Shown here piece by piece: positions 1-16,127 of a stretch of DNA of 64,000 nucleotides. Below the pieces are notes generated by a model, which saw only the letters and a list, made by a program, of their open reading frames with translations, had not been told where the DNA came from and did not search any database. Made by a program: the position numbers and the translations under genes. The first letter of the stretch is position 1. Each line of letters begins with the position of its first letter. This DNA comes from Balanoglossus misakiensis (Eukaryota; Animalia; Hemichordata): NCBI GenBank assembly GCA_040954595.2, contig CM082577.2, positions 7,961,846 through 8,025,845 of the forward strand, written 5' to 3'.

Positions 1-267
1 CGTACATAGTGTTTCACGATAATAATCAAGCGCTTCGTTTAAGAAAAATCTGTAACGAAAAACATGCATTGGTTCGGTTTCATAGGATGTAGTGTATGGG
101 GTCAAAACTGCCGTTGATCACCGACAATTGGCAATCAGACTTTAGTCTGTTTTCCTTGATAGTGCGCAAAAATAATTACTGACAAGTAAAGTGATGGGAA
201 AGGAAGAATAACCATAAGTAGGTCTAATGCAATTCATTACCGTAATTTCAGCCCCGCCGACTGGAAT

Positions 268-923
268 ATGTCTACTCGGAGTCGGTTCCATCAACAGAAT
301 GCGATGACAGAATCTCCAGAAGCCGGAGTTCAGTTATATGTTTATTGCTGTGAAGGTTTAAAGTAAGGAATATGGTTGGAATTTCTTATTTATGACGCCA
401 TCTTCTGCAGTTGATTAATTTGTGGAGGCATTTTCCAATAGTGTAAAGATCTTGTATCGAAACGTTCTTAGCTCGAACGTGGAAAAATAAATTCGTCACA
501 AAACGCATCAACGACTAAAAGAATAGCTTGCATTGGCTTTTTGATAGTCTATAAGTCCTCGTCACAATTTGGTCTTCACTATCGTGACTATAGACAGACA
601 CCAAGGTGAAACGGTCAAAGCTTGACGACCGGCTCCGTGCAGGTGCTGAATCATATTACAGCAACCGCTCGCCAAATCATGGCGTATTTTAATCCCTGAG
701 AAGTAGTCACTAACACTACTTGCATAAATTTCACTCCATTTCTTTCAGGGTTTTCTTGTTTGTCCTCGGCGTGCTCGTCGCCATTGTTATCGTGATGTAT
801 ATTCTGTATCGCTGCTCTTGTAAACTTCTGGATCGCTGTAATGAGGTCGCCCCAGAAACGGTAGAGGTCCAGTCAGTAGATGTTTCCACCACCCCAGACG
901 GGGAATGTCCCGCACGGACATGA
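268..923 (+). CDS. Small single-pass membrane protein of unknown function (~89 aa; exons 268-362, 749-923; may extend 5')
   Basis: ATG at 268, donor AA|gtaag after 362 and acceptor tttcag| before 749 join in frame: MSTRSRFHQQNAMTESPEAGVQLYVYCCEGLKVFLFVLGVLVAIVIVMYILYRCSCK...ECPART*. One clear hydrophobic helix flanked by Cys. An acceptor at ~251 suggests a further upstream exon. Confidence 0.5.
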
Positions 924-1150
924 AAACTGCGAACTTTGTGCTATTTTGCTGTGTGTTGCAGTTTTGTCGTTTTATTGCTTATTTACGTTTTCTGTTTTGG
1001 TATACGTATTTTCATTTCTTACTAGAAACTGATTGCACTTCCGAATTCGTCTTGAGCATGGTCAACTTTGGCCAATTTCGATGGTTGAAAGTCCTTTCAC
1101 CAGTCTGATGGACGTTTCAGGTCACGTGATTGACGCAGAGACGAAGTCTA

Positions 1151-4123
1151 TTAATTTATCTTCGTATCCATGGCGTCGGGTATTTTGACCTGCGTATAGT
1201 CTTTCTGTTTCCGCTCCTTCCATTGTAACATGCTGGAATGAATAGAATCATTGGATAAACGAATCAATGAATTATGAGACGCAAATATCAGTATCAGAGA
1301 TACTCAATGAATGTTAAAGTTCAACTGTATCGCATCCCTTAAGCAAGTTCATTGACTATACCTTAACGAATGAGAATATATTGTCATATTTTTATATGTA
1401 CAGACTTTAAACCAGTGGAGTGTTAACTGGTATAGTCTCCAACACTGAATCAACGACATGAGAAATGATTCTAGTACTATATTGTGTCTATATTCATCTG
1501 ATTGTTAATTGGTTGTATATTACTAGTAAGTAATGTTTTGCACCCATGGCCGTCGCTCTGGCAAGTCAGGTTTAATCGACTTTCTTAATATTTCTTGATG
1601 CATCCAATTCAGTAATACAACGAAGATGAACACACAGACATACTTAAAAAAAACATTTACGCACACAAGAACATGCGCAAGTTCACACATACCCTATCAG
1701 GAAGATTCCCGCGCATAACGTGGCAGCCAGGCAGATAAAAGCGAATCCCGAAAAATATACCAAGGTGGCGGCGTATATTGCATTGAACGCAGACGGCGCT
1801 ATGAAGTTGGCCACGCCCTCCACACACCCTACACATGCGAATAGTACACCTGTACATAGGGAGAGATATACACGTTACCGACAAAATATATTCCAAACCA
1901 CTTAGGCGAAATTATTTTTGCCAACCGAGTTTGGCTCCCCTTAAACATGATATATCGTGAATAATAAAAGCATTTCTTTCATCCACTACTGGTGTAGTGC
2001 ATGTCAAAATATTGTCACTGTATTATTTGGCCGGGCTACTTGTGTGGTCGTTCGTGATAGATAAATTTCGGGGAAACGGTCCAAAATTGTCAACCAGAAC
2101 GAGAGACGGAAATGCGAGTGATAACTAAATTCAAGTACATTTACCTTGTTCTGTGGAATCCACCGATCGGGACAAGCGCGCTCGAAGCACGGGAAGCGTT
2201 AGCGAACCTAGTGCTGCGACGACAGGAACTGAAGAGAGTAAACGAATAAAACCGATTTCACGGTTGTAGGAGAAATTCGACAGTGAAATAGGTGATAAAA
2301 TGATAGGCTAAGTGTGAAAGAGGGGTAGTGCAGACATTGCACCATTACCCGAATATGACCAATCAATATTCTATTTGTAAGAAACCTAATTTAATTCATC
2401 CTAAACTATGTGGGAAGCAAAATACGAATTGTCTAGCGGAGACAATTCCTGGCAACGATTTATGGAATTGTTTAATGATCATTTAACACCTTCAAAACTG
2501 TTAATTACGACGAGCGCACGATCCATCAGTTCGGAAGTGACGTACACTACACGTGACAAGATTGACCAGACGTAACACACAATGGGGAGTATTACATTTT
2601 TGGCTCACTCCCCCCCCGTCCCATCTGTAGCAGTATTGATTACGTGGTCATACTCACCTGCAAACATCATGACGTCATTGTATGCAAATCCCGAGAGGAC
2701 AAAACTAGAAATGAAGCAGAGCAAGCTGACCTGGACGATAGCCAACTCGGACAGACAGAACGGCAGAAGTTTACCTCCCAACAATATCCCTGTAAGAAAC
2801 CGATAAGTCAACGCTCCATGATGAGATACAATGTACGAGTACGTGCAGCGTTCGGTAGAGTGTGTATGAGATGTGTACAGAACAAGTTGAGATTTGATGA
2901 GCTTTAAAATTGCAAAACAGTCTAGAATGTCCAGTCTGAAAAAAATTGAAGAATTTCTTTCCTGTTATTCTGACAATATATTGTTTTCAATTGGCGTACT
3001 TTCTTTTGTTATGACTCTGGAAACACGAGAATCGTAGCGTTGGATTTAGTTTCACTGCCTTCTGATATGATTGACTTGTTCCATCAAACCGTTGGACCAG
3101 AAAACTCCCAAATAAGATCCAGGTTGGTTTTTTATTCCTACCTGGCGCTCGGAGACAGACCCTGACTGCGTTGAAGTAACCAATGAAGACCGGTGACCAA
3201 CAGAAAGGCACATCCAGAAGGTATAGAATATAAAGGCTGCTGGCAGCGCTTTGACCCGAGTACTGCAGTAACAGCACGATATTTCCGTTGATGAGATCTT
3301 GACGCCGCCCTCCAGTGTTGGATTTGAACAGCGACCATATGTTTTTGAACAGGTTTTTCAAAACCGCGGTCCAGCTATCACCGGATGCATCCCGGCGCTG
3401 GAGACTTTCTCTCAGAAAGAGGATTGCGTAGAAAAAGGTGAAGAACATGCAGCCGAACATTATCCAGAACGGGGCGGTGAACCCAAAGATCTCAATCGAA
3501 TAACCAGTGAGAACTTGGGCTCCCGCCGTCGCCAGGTAAAAAATGACATCGACGACAGCGAAGCGAAACCTACGCTGATTCTCGTCAGTTATATCGGCTA
3601 AGTAGGCGAAACATGCGGAGAGTTGAGTTGTGTGCTCGCCTGCAAGTCCTTGCAGCACAGCCCCGACGAAAAGGAAATGTAACGGAAGGTGAAAAGTGAC
3701 GACAGCTAAGTACACCAGCGCATTCAACAGCGCCCCGACAGGTGGCAGCAAGATGGGTAACTTGCGCCCTCCGCGGTCACTGTAACTGCACAGTATCGTT
3801 GCTGTGATCATCGCCAGAAACTGAGTGGTGGCGTTGAGGTACAGTGTCCAGAGCGCTGCTTGTTGCTGAACTCTCTCCTCAGCTATGTACGCCTGGGAAC
3901 TCTTGTTGATAAAGCACGATCCATTGGATGCCCCGAAAGTCGTCAGATTCTGATCACTTGCTATTCTCTCCTTTATGAATTGCGGAAACGACAGCATGTA
4001 CGTCGCTCGTCCGAATATGAACATGAATATTATTGGTTCCACAGTGATTATTTGTGGTTTTCGCTGATTAGGGGTTGTTGAGATGAGAGGCGCAGTTTCT
4101 TCATTACCGGCGTCTTTAGCCAT
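1151..4123 (-). CDS. SLC46-family (PCFT/SLC46A3-like) MFS transporter, ~478 aa, 5 exons (3142-4123, 2658-2789, 2145-2228, 1693-1849, 1151-1232)
   Basis: Motifs ITVEP, SYSDRGGRK, CFAYLADIT, LYLLDVPFCWSPVFIGY, PVLRARLSRSVDSTEQGVLF and FNAIYAAT match SLC46A1/A3. All junctions are GT-AG and in frame (1437 nt). The paralog cannot be assigned. Confidence 0.9.
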
Positions 4124-5755
4124 TATTCAGACTCTCGGAGTAGATCCTTTACCCAGTCGGAAAAAAACTGACCCGTCCCTGATGACAAATGGACAGATGT
4201 GTTGCATAATTGTACAAATGGATTACGCATTGATCGATGTCCGGTATAGCGCGTGTAGATACCAAGTTTGCCCGCGTTAGAGAAGGCAAAAGTCGTTCCC
4301 TTGAAGAAACATGACACGTGACAGCTTGGCGTGCACTTTGTACTGGCCATTGATTGTTACGGGCGCACGGCTGACATGAACTGGATTCCTGTCAAACCTA
4401 TGACCTGCGCATGCGTTATGACATACGTCTGCCAGTTCACGAATGGCCGCACTTCAAACTGAAATTTAGTCCCTTCAACCGTGGCCTGGGTACATGTACG
4501 TTCAACGTGATTGGTTTTGGGCCACACGTCGAACCTGGGTTCAACAAGGGGATACATGAATAACGCTGATAAGTTGTGCGAAAATGGTTAAACATGCTCA
4601 GTAAACCGTGGATTGCTTTACACTAACCTCTATTAATACTGTTGTGAAACGTAAATACATGTAGGTCAGCTGTGTGTTGAACCAAGGTCATTGACATCGG
4701 TGAAAGACAAAACTCAGTCCTGGGGTTCACTTGTTATGGACACGGTGATGGAGTGACTCTGTCTTTAGACAATCAGAACGGCGCGAGGGAGGAGACGCTA
4801 GAGGGCCAGCCGACAAGATAGACAAACCATACCCGGTTTTAGGGCCGCAGCATTTAATTGAGGGAGGGTGCTCGAACAGGATTTGTCACACCTCGCGCAG
4901 TATTCCGTACTCCTGATTGGCTAAGACCGAATCACGTGACATAGTAAAAAAAGTGCTATTACGCGAGTCTATTGCCCATTGTGAGGGGATATTGCCCACT
5001 GGGAGCAGTTTTTTAAGGTGTCTGCGCATAACAAATCGTCGTTCAATGGCTGCGTTCGCCATCGATACGTTCTATGAGGTATCATGTACACTCAAATGTT
5101 TGGTAGTGTAATAAAATTAATAATACATGACGCTAAAACTGCATAAATGTCATATTCATGATTTTTGACCGATTGTCATCATGTGACTCATTAAATTGTT
5201 TTGTATACTTGTATTTCGACTACACATCAATATTGTTCCTATAAATTTAACATAATTAATAATTGTAAAATAAAAATAAAAATTGACTTGGAGGCAACAT
5301 TTGCAGGTAAAATACAAATCAAACTGCAAGATGTTTGGAAATCTATCATTTACATGTATTTCACCAGTGAAATCGAAACTGATAACTGCCGATAAGAAAC
5401 AGTTCACGACTTTCTTTGGGTGTTAGTAAAATAATAGGAAAAGGGGCTGCGTGCGTGTTCCGGTCATGAACTTGTATTTGTGGGCTTTGGCAATAGAAAG
5501 GCCGTTACTTTAAGTTTTGTCAATAATTTGACATCAAACGTATATATTACACGTTTGACATGAAATCCTTATCTTCACCTTTATGTGTTGCAAGTTTCCA
5601 ATGTTGTCAGTGAGTTTTGTTTTTGCACACGTATGATGAAATTTTGTTCAAAATTTTTGACAATATTACGTGTTTGTGTAGACTACAGAGCAATTCTCGC
5701 TGTATGATTTTATGCTGGATGATTGTAGGCAGAAACCGTCGCCCTCCGTGTCTGA

Positions 5756-7151
5756 TTAGCGGATCCTTTGTATTTTCATCACGACAGTCTTCCTTGGTTC
5801 GTTGACGACACCATTTGGGCTCCACCGGACTCCGTACACGTAATTGGTTGGGGTACCCAAGGGGCTGTAGACGCCGTTCAGATTGCTGTACTGGCACGCG
5901 TTGTACCACCAAGCTCCCAGAGAGAACCTAGCGCAATTCTGGTGATCCGAAGCATCGTTGTCCTGGTCGTAGGTACTGAACGCGCGCCCATCGAGGTCGG
6001 TACTTTGTCCCATCGTGTTCTTCATGGCGTCCCCAGCGGTGCCTGAATAGTTTCCCAGGTGAAGGGTGTAAAGGTCAGTCTCGCTCCCAATCCAGAATCG
6101 GTCATACTCGGCGTAGGAGGCGCTGTTGTCCCAGTCTTCCAGATCTATGCGCAGCTTGTACGAACCCTGTGTCGTCAGAGCGTGGATTTTGTCGTTACCC
6201 AACCAGTACTCATGGTCGATGTAACCGAAACCGGATTTATATTCCGCCCAATTTCTGTAGAAATCAACGGAACCGTTCAGCCTGCGCTGGATGACGGTCC
6301 ATGCTTCAGTGTTGGATATTTCACAGTAGACTTCAAACGGGTTGAATTCGCCGTCAGGATGGATTAGATAAACACCTGATGCGGTTGACGCCGCGTCATT
6401 GGCAACGTCACTGCAATCTAGATACAAAACAGAGATCTTCATAAAACTGTTTTAAGGTATTTGAGTGTCCGAAATATTTTATGGTTTTAAATGGATTTTG
6501 TGTCCACGACAAGATTTGAAAAAAAAATGCTCAATTGAGGATCGATCAGTGGTCATAATTTCCTTTATGTTTATTAAAGTTGTGACCTATAAATGTTGTA
6601 GGAACAACTGAAAATTCCGGGTTAAAGAAAAATCAGTGTTGTGTGACGAGGTCGAAAGTTTCAAACTGTCATATGTCTACGTGTTATTTCATGTGTTGTC
6701 TGTTGCCAACCACGAATATAAGGTGCAGATATGTCGTCCCTGAGAAATGTGTTTATAGAAATTATTCGTGAAAAAACACAAAAATAACGGCAAGTGTTTT
6801 GAATACCTCACCTTTGTATGTCACTGGTGGACTGCATTTATTTTCTAATCTGTGGATGGCTTCTGATAATTGTTGTATCTGCGTCGTTTGCTGGCTAACC
6901 AGATCCACCAGATTGGCCAGGATCGCCTGGTCTTCATTGTCAGCAGACGAACACTCGCTGCCGCCTTCCTCGGTCTTGCAGTCGGGTAAGGTCACGGTGT
7001 ACTGACACTGCTTCCCGCCCGGGACACACCGGTGGCGATACTTGGCTGTGTCGTAATTGCCAAAAGTGCGCTGACGTCGACCACTAACTGCAGGCAGTAC
7101 CAGGACTGCTACGAAAACTAAATACAAGCTTGTCAATATGGATGCTGCCAT
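5756..7151 (-). CDS. Secreted fibrinogen-related domain protein (angiopoietin/ANGPTL-like), ~333 aa, exons 6812-7151 and 5756-6417
   Basis: Signal peptide, CQYTVTLP motif, short coiled coil, then a FReD domain (DCSD...WTVIQRRLNGSVDFYRNWAEYKSGFG...EYWLGNDKIH...FSTYDQDND...GAWWYNACQYSNLNG). Phase-1 intron; 1002 nt total. Confidence 0.92.
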
Positions 7152-8501
7152 GTTATTTTCGAACGAAGTTTTACTGCGTGGACGACCAAAAAATCCACCC
7201 TACCGTAGGCCTATCTTGTCCACACTTGTTCGTTCTACCAGGTGACTGTCGTTCTACGCGGTTGTCAGATTATCAAATGAAATCCCGGATTGAGAGAGTT
7301 GTTTTAATAACGGATTTTAGTTCCTTGTGTGACGTCAACTCTAAAACGAAAGGTGTGTCACGCTGCGTGAACATAGTGAAAAGGGAGAGTCAGAGTGTGA
7401 CCTTTTTACCGTGACCTCGGTTAAATTTATTACAGGAAGAAGAGTTTTGGAGTAACGTCGACGTCAGGTATTGACACGTCTTTCACTATAATTGATTAGC
7501 TCCAACAATGAGTACTACAGATCCCATAGCAACACGAACAGCTAAATGAAGTGGTATTTCTGCTTTGTAATCTATTTTAAAACTTTAAATGATTAGCCCC
7601 CTGTTGGCTCATGCGATTGGCATTTGCCCTTACAATTATATAAGGAAGAATCAGGTTATGTTTCTGATACAAGTTTGAATTGAGGTGGCCCCACTTGGCG
7701 TTCACTTTCCAAAGTTCGAACGCTCGTCATTGGAAGCGTTATCAAGAGGGCCAGAGCTAGCGGACGCAATAAAATGCTCCAACCCGATTCAACTCAATCG
7801 GGGAGGGGGAGGGGGTGCAATTCAAAGTCACACAGTTTTAGAGTGTTTCAAAACAATATAGTTATATTTCTTACGCACAGAATGCAACAACACAGTGTTG
7901 TACTCCATAATTTCACATAAGCTTACCGAAGTCTCAACTAGATTAAGATCACAGCAATCGTCACTTCAAAATATACATGAAAACGTGGCGTTCTGAAACT
8001 TATGATTTTAGTTCAACAAATATCTATTATTTTGTAATTGGAATGTCAGTCGTAAAAAGACTGTGGTCGTGTATTTCACTGCATAGAGTGGAATTACAAT
8101 ACTAGAAGTTTTCCTTTCGAAGGGATATGCATATTTACATAGTTATCGTCAAAATACAACAGCGTAAACGAAAATAACAATAGCTGATTGGTTGTCATGG
8201 ACGGAGTACAGAAAGATGAAATAGTACAAGAATAAATATTGCAAATCTCTGTGTAAATAATTCTGTCCAACTATAATGTGATAAAAAATAACTTGCTGTT
8301 AAAGATGACGTGTCACCAATGAATCAGGTCAATTGCCCAGACGTGTTCTGTGCGATTGACTTATTGATGTTGTTGCTTTGGCGACGAGAAATACTTTCTG
8401 TGAGGCGGAGATGAAAAAACAGGAAATATGCCTCTCTATGACAGCACCTGTACCATCACACAGTGTGTGTATCCGTCTGTTCAAGGTAATAGCTGTCCGG
8501 C

Positions 8502-10291
8502 CTACATTCGCGAGTATTTGCCAAGATGGTTATTGCATTCTGGACAGTAATGTACGACATCTTTGCAGTCGTTGATTAAGAATGGAATGAAACAGCAACA
8601 CCACAATCTGTAACCAAAAAGGAAAAAAAATGGGGGGTTGGGTCATGTGGTTGGTGATGACCTTTTCAGTTTTGGACCACGTTTCACAGAAGCAAAATTT
8701 TGACAGGCGCTTGAATGCTGTGGTTCTGTTGGAAGCAGCTATGAACCGCTGTTTATGAGGATTCGTGAAATATCTCCACCTGAGATAAGACTGAAGGAAA
8801 CATGATGTGTCACTCTCATATGAAGTTAGTTTCAGTGCATTCATCCAAACAAGAGAGCAGTACTAATTACAGACAAACGTGCCGACAATACACGACGTAT
8901 AAGATTACAACTGTCGTACTGCAGCCCGGTGAAGACCTTTTACCACATTTCAAAACAAACATATTCGCCATGGCTTACTTACCCCACAAACCACATGACG
9001 AAGCACGCCACCCATGCCATTGATCCGATCTCATAGTCTACCCTGCTGACCACCTGTTTCCGGCAATGGGGACACACCGTGCTGGTCGGGCTGGATCCGT
9101 AGTTGGTCACTGACGCAACTGCGACAGGTGCTGGAGCAGCCAATACGACGGTGTTTGTCTGCTGAGCATATGGCGCTGGTTGTTGAGGATAGTATCCCTG
9201 CTGGGGATAGGCTGGAGGCGGGGCGCCATATTGTGGTTGTCCTTTTGGTGGAAATAAATATATCAATATGTCAAGGTCGAAAGAATTGAAGACAGAAAGA
9301 TAGAAATGTTAAATGTTACCTGGATGCCGAACTAAAACATCTCCATAATTACAATCGGTTAATTCCTAAAGGAACTGTAAATGTGTCAAGAACACGTGTC
9401 GTTTGATCATTGGGTGAACAACAGATATTTAAACACTTACATGCAGATTTCGGCGGACCATATAAATGACAGATTATATAGATGGGCTCTTTAAAAATCA
9501 AAACATTTTAAAAGAGGGCAATAGTGACTGCTCTGGCCTTGGTAAATTTTAGACAATGATCTTGAACTCCTGTTCTGTGAGCCTGACATTCAAAATGATT
9601 ATATCGACCGGAGTTTTACGCTTCCGAACAAATGCAACCTGCATTAAGTTCGTTAGCAACATAAAATAATATATGTATTTTTTTCAGTGAACGGTTCTGG
9701 CATTGTTATTTCTCAATACGCGAACAACAGCGCTGCGACATATCCGTCTGTGTATCACCCGGATAACAACGGGTTGCTACGCAACCGCTGCGTACACATA
9801 AACAAGCCATAATAGGGTCACGGTGTTGTTGACATACTTTCCATTATTGTGTTTCCGTGACGTGGATTGTGAGAGGCGAGGTTAACCCCACTTGCTCCTG
9901 TCAAACTATTGACCCTATACTCGCCACGACCGCCAGTTACGAAACGCAATAAAATTTCGCGAGTAAAATACATGAGGTCGTCTACCAACATGGCTGCCGA
10001 GTTATAGCCCACCAAGACACAATACTACTATCGATCAATTTGTTTTATGTTAAATCGATCTATCCTCATATACCAAGTTGTATATGAACAAATGCGTGTG
10101 TGGCGTCATACGTAAGTGAACCCATCGACGTCCCCTATCGTAGTACTTGTAGGCATATCTACCTATTTGGAATAAACGAGGCCATTTTGTTATTTGTGAT
10201 ACACTGTACTTACTAATAAAAACAGGAAACCTATGACTCTAAACGCAATATCAACCCTACCTGGGTACGCTGGTGGAGGAACTGCCGCCAT
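8502..10291 (-). CDS. LITAF-domain protein, copy 1 (131 aa; exons 10261-10291, 8983-9241, 8502-8607)
   Basis: MAAVPPPAYP..., CPHC, hydrophobic segment, CCFIPF...HYCPEC...YSRM*. GT-AG introns in phase 1 and 2. Confidence 0.9.
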
Positions 10292-10349
10292 CTTGTAAAT
10301 CAGACTTGTATGCTCGTAGCAAAGGAGGAAAGCAAAGCTTTTTCGATTT

Positions 10350-10359
10350 GGAAATTCCC
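10350..10359 (-). promoter_or_regulatory. Candidate NF-kB site GGGAATTTCC about 60 bp upstream of LITAF copy 1 ATG
   Basis: Exact match to the GGGRNNYYCC consensus. Function untested. Confidence 0.4.
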
Positions 10360-11286
10360 GGGGGCGCCGTCTTGTACCAGTTGAACATTGGCGAACTGAC
10401 ACATTTTAATCTTGAAATGCCTCTAATAATTTGTACGTTCCCAGGAATGTGTGTATTGGCGCAGAGTACGTGATGTAGAAGTGGCGGCATTTGTAAGAGA
10501 ATTCAGAAATGCGGAATAATGTGTAAGACTGCGTTCCCCCATATAACCTTGGGCGCCATTGAACAGTGCGCTGACGTCATCATGACCATGACGGTCACGC
10601 AAGAGTAGACTCTCAATTTTTACATTACAAATTTCGGCGAATTTTATTCCAAGTGCTGTTCAACAACATTTCGTCATCTGAATTTGTAGAACCACCATTT
10701 AATGCACAAAAGGAAGTCCACGGAGAAAAGAGATTTAGGGTCAGGATTTCCAAAGTTGTACTAGGTAGTCCGGGTTTCCTAAAACACACTTTATTGGTCT
10801 GATCCCTAATTACTTGGAACTCTGTGTGACATGCCCTTTTAAAGTGTGGATCTGCATCATTATCATAAAATTCGATAGTTTCAAAATCAGCCAGAAGTCT
10901 TTTTTTTTCAAGCGAAGAGTTTACCAATGTGATGGCGAAGTACATTCTTTGGGGTTGACGTTTATCGTGGTTCATCATGGCGTTCTTCAAGTTTCAAAGA
11001 AATGAAATGAAAATGCCATTGAGAAGTTGACATGATGTGCTCCGGGATGCGTCGATTGAAGCCAATTCAGCTGTGTTGGGTACGTTGCCGTGAATCATTC
11101 AAGACCAGTCCTGTCTACCAAGATTTCCCAATTAAGAGACAAGAGAGACGAAAAACACTCGTGCACACGGATTTCATTATTTCCCGCGCCATTAATGCAC
11201 GCGTCCGCCCAGTCCAGTGCACCTGGGTTGCGTTGTGGACGCGAGGGTCGTCATAGTAACCGAGTTCACAACTCAGGAGGTGTGGA

Positions 11287-13290
11287 CTACATGCGCCTGA
11301 AGCTTCCCAGTTTTCGGTCACAGTTTGGGCATTTGTGAATGACGTCCTTGTAGTAATCGACGCACAGCGGTAGGACACAACACGGCCAGACTCTGTGGAA
11401 GAAAAGATCAAGAACCGTCGTTGCGACATAAAAAATGGAGTAATATTCTACAATAAGTATTCCGCAATTCAAAGAGATAAATTTTCTCTCCGCGGTAAGA
11501 GCAAAACCTTTATTGAACCACAGGACTTGCATACTTACTTACCTGCTTGCTTGTTAGTTTGTTTGCTAGCTTGTTTGTTGCTTAGTTACTTACTTATTTA
11601 CTTGCAAGCGCGACAAACCCCTTTCTTCTCAAGTTAAAAGATAAAATAAGGACAACATAGATTTATAAAAGCTTTTTGATCATGAAGGGAATTGTTTGCG
11701 ACAAAGACTTACCCGAAGAGAAAGAGAACGATGCATACGAACCAAGCCAAAGTTCCCGCTTCATATTCCAAACGTGTCTCGATAATTTCATGACACATTG
11801 GACATCTCGATCGGACCGGACTCTCTTGAAACCTCCCCACAAAGACCGCATCTGTCTGAGTTACCACCGTGACTGTCGTGGGGTGGCGCTGTGCAGCCGA
11901 CGCGGTGGGCTGGACCTGTGTCGGTTGCTGGTGGACGGCTGCATGATGGTGGTGGGTAAGCCGTGGGTTTGTACCCGGGTACGGTGGCGGGGGTGTGGAT
12001 GGGCACCCGTCCTGGAGGGTGACCATGGGCGGCGCAACTGAGCGATACAAATGAAAACAAAATTGTATCCCTTTAATATATAGTGTGAACGACTTCCACT
12101 CAGGCTACGAGCAGGGATCTCTTTCTTTTGTGTTGACAACATGGAAAGTGTCTGACTCTGACGTCATTGTCGTATTACCCACCAACCAGGCCCAGAGACT
12201 ATATTGCTTAGTTCTACGCCTGACACTTTGCACAGTAGGCCCTCAACATCCTTTGTGCTAGGATGACGCTGACGCGGGTACTTTGCGAATAATAAGTTTA
12301 GCCATCACACCCACGTACTCATCATGTAAATCATGTCTGTGTATAAATGAAGCATTGTCACGTGAACTGATGCAAATCATTCATTCATGCATGCAGTCGG
12401 CTAATTTTAGAATTAACGGACTGTACGTAACTATCTAACGGGCAGCAACCTGGTGTCCCAGATATATTAAAATCCACAATCGTGTGGCATTATATGTGCG
12501 AAGTTAATTATCGTCCTGGGCGGTGAAGCTACGTATAATGATATGCATGTAATTACTGTAACTGGAAATAGATTTGATAAATTTACTATGTTGCCTACAG
12601 AAGATGAGCGAACACGTTCATCCATGTCGCAAACCCGCACCTTGTTGATTCTGAAGCGTGGTGCCTATATGCGCATCGATATGATGCCGACATGCGTGCT
12701 TGATAAAAAATTCTAGGCCGGTAAAAGCCACTGAGAAGCCGCAACATTCCTATTCCATTTTATGAGAATATTTACACAAAATATACTCTTAAAGATCCAT
12801 CAAATTTAATCTACAGATACAGCTTGACTGACAGGAAAATGAACAGACGGGCATGTAAGGTCACGTGACCTGCGCGTGACGCCCCTGCTCTGGACATCGG
12901 TTCAAGCGCCTGGTCGTATTGAAATTTAATTGAGATTGTCGCTCGACGTCTTAGCTGCCAATCGCACCGGTAACGCTTCACTACATCAGATGAAAAACAC
13001 TACTGCGGTGAAACTGAAACAATAGGCCCCATAATATGACGTCAAATGGGTCACAGGACAGACGTGTACGTCATCTGATCACATGCCAGCGTTTCTCCCT
13101 GCGCCTACAGGGTCACAATGCAATTGAATACTCCTGAGCGTCTGTAGATCTGTATTACAGCTTCTGTCGGTATTGGGGCTGCTTGAGGAGCCAACACTGA
13201 TCGGATTCATGGATATTTTGCTAACTTACCCCTTGAGTAAGGCGGCGGCGACTCTTCAGTACCCGGATATGGCGGCGGCTTGACCTCCAT
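11287..13290 (-). CDS. LITAF-domain protein, copy 2 (163 aa; exons 13230-13290, 11713-12037, 11287-11392)
   Basis: MEVKPPPYPGTEESPPPYSR..., CPMC...CCVLPL...HKCPNC...FRRM*. Junctions in frame. Confidence 0.88.
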
Positions 13291-14168
13291 CTTTGTGGTC
13301 GTTTCGTTGAAATATGTATTAGTAAAATAGACCAGTAGTTCTGCGTGCCGGGGGTGTTACTGATATTAAAATTCGTGCGTGCGGTGAGAGAGAGAGAGAA
13401 GAGCGTAAAAAGACAGACAAGACATAGAAAATATTGTCTTTATTACTACATGAATTACTACTGATTCAGTTTTGTTCTCAACGTTATTGGTTTCCTTTGT
13501 TCGTGGCACGTGATATGTCAGCATAAAGGCAAAACTCCTACTTTTGCTAAAATATATCATTTAATCATTAACTTTCCGAATCTGGCGAAGAAAACACTGG
13601 GCATGCAGTAAATAATATTGTATGTCTCAAACAAAATAATATCAATAAATATGTGTATTGTTATGTAAAATATGCTATAAGCTTATTAATTAACTACTCT
13701 TTGGTGAATTTGAAAATAAATGGTCGTAATACTAGTAACAGGCATGATTAACTGTGATATAAATCGGATTTCCTTTCGCTACATGCAACAACATTAATTT
13801 CAGTTGAACAGTGCTCATTCAATGATCGCATATGTTGTCTAGGGTCTGCTTAAAACTATACTACGAGAGCTCGGCCTTCTTAAACTGAACTCTGCCTTGA
13901 TGACAGACAATATATTGTTCGCCCATCACCGTTTACAACTTCTGGAAAGAAACGATTCACCAAATTTATGCGCAAGAAATCACAGCACCCTTTCGCACAG
14001 AGCGATACATAAATGCATTTGTAAACACGATAGAAATTGTCTGAAGGATTACATTCATCATCGTCCGATCGCACGGGTCGTTGGATTGACCCACAGTCTT
14101 GGCGGACGAAGATGTACATTCATATGCTCTGTGGTATTTGAGATCTATATCACGTTTCACTCTGTATA

Positions 14169-14306
14169 CAGTCAAACCTGTGTTAGTGGCCACCTCTATA
14201 TACTGGCCACCGTGTCACACTCCCTGTGTAATTAACATGAATTGACCTGCCTATAAAGGCCAGTTTAGGAATTCCCTTGACTGGCCACTATACACAGGTA
14301 TGACTG
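14169..14306. mobile_element. Tc1/mariner/pogo-type MITE (~138 bp)
   Basis: ~24-bp TIRs cagtcaaacctgtgttagtggcca / tggccactatacacaggtatgactg flanked by TA on both sides. Confidence 0.8.
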
Positions 14307-14344
14307 TATGTATTATTTGATCGCTACTACGGATACTGCAAAAA

Positions 14345-16127
<1,783 letters not shown>

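Noticed and set aside
2987-3141. C-terminal part of the 378-aa SLC46 ORF
   Set aside because: This is intron read-through past the donor at 3140-3141. The real protein continues in four downstream exons.
4470-4550. Possible tRNA-like segment (ggttcaa)
   Set aside because: No cloverleaf or A/B-box spacing could be built.
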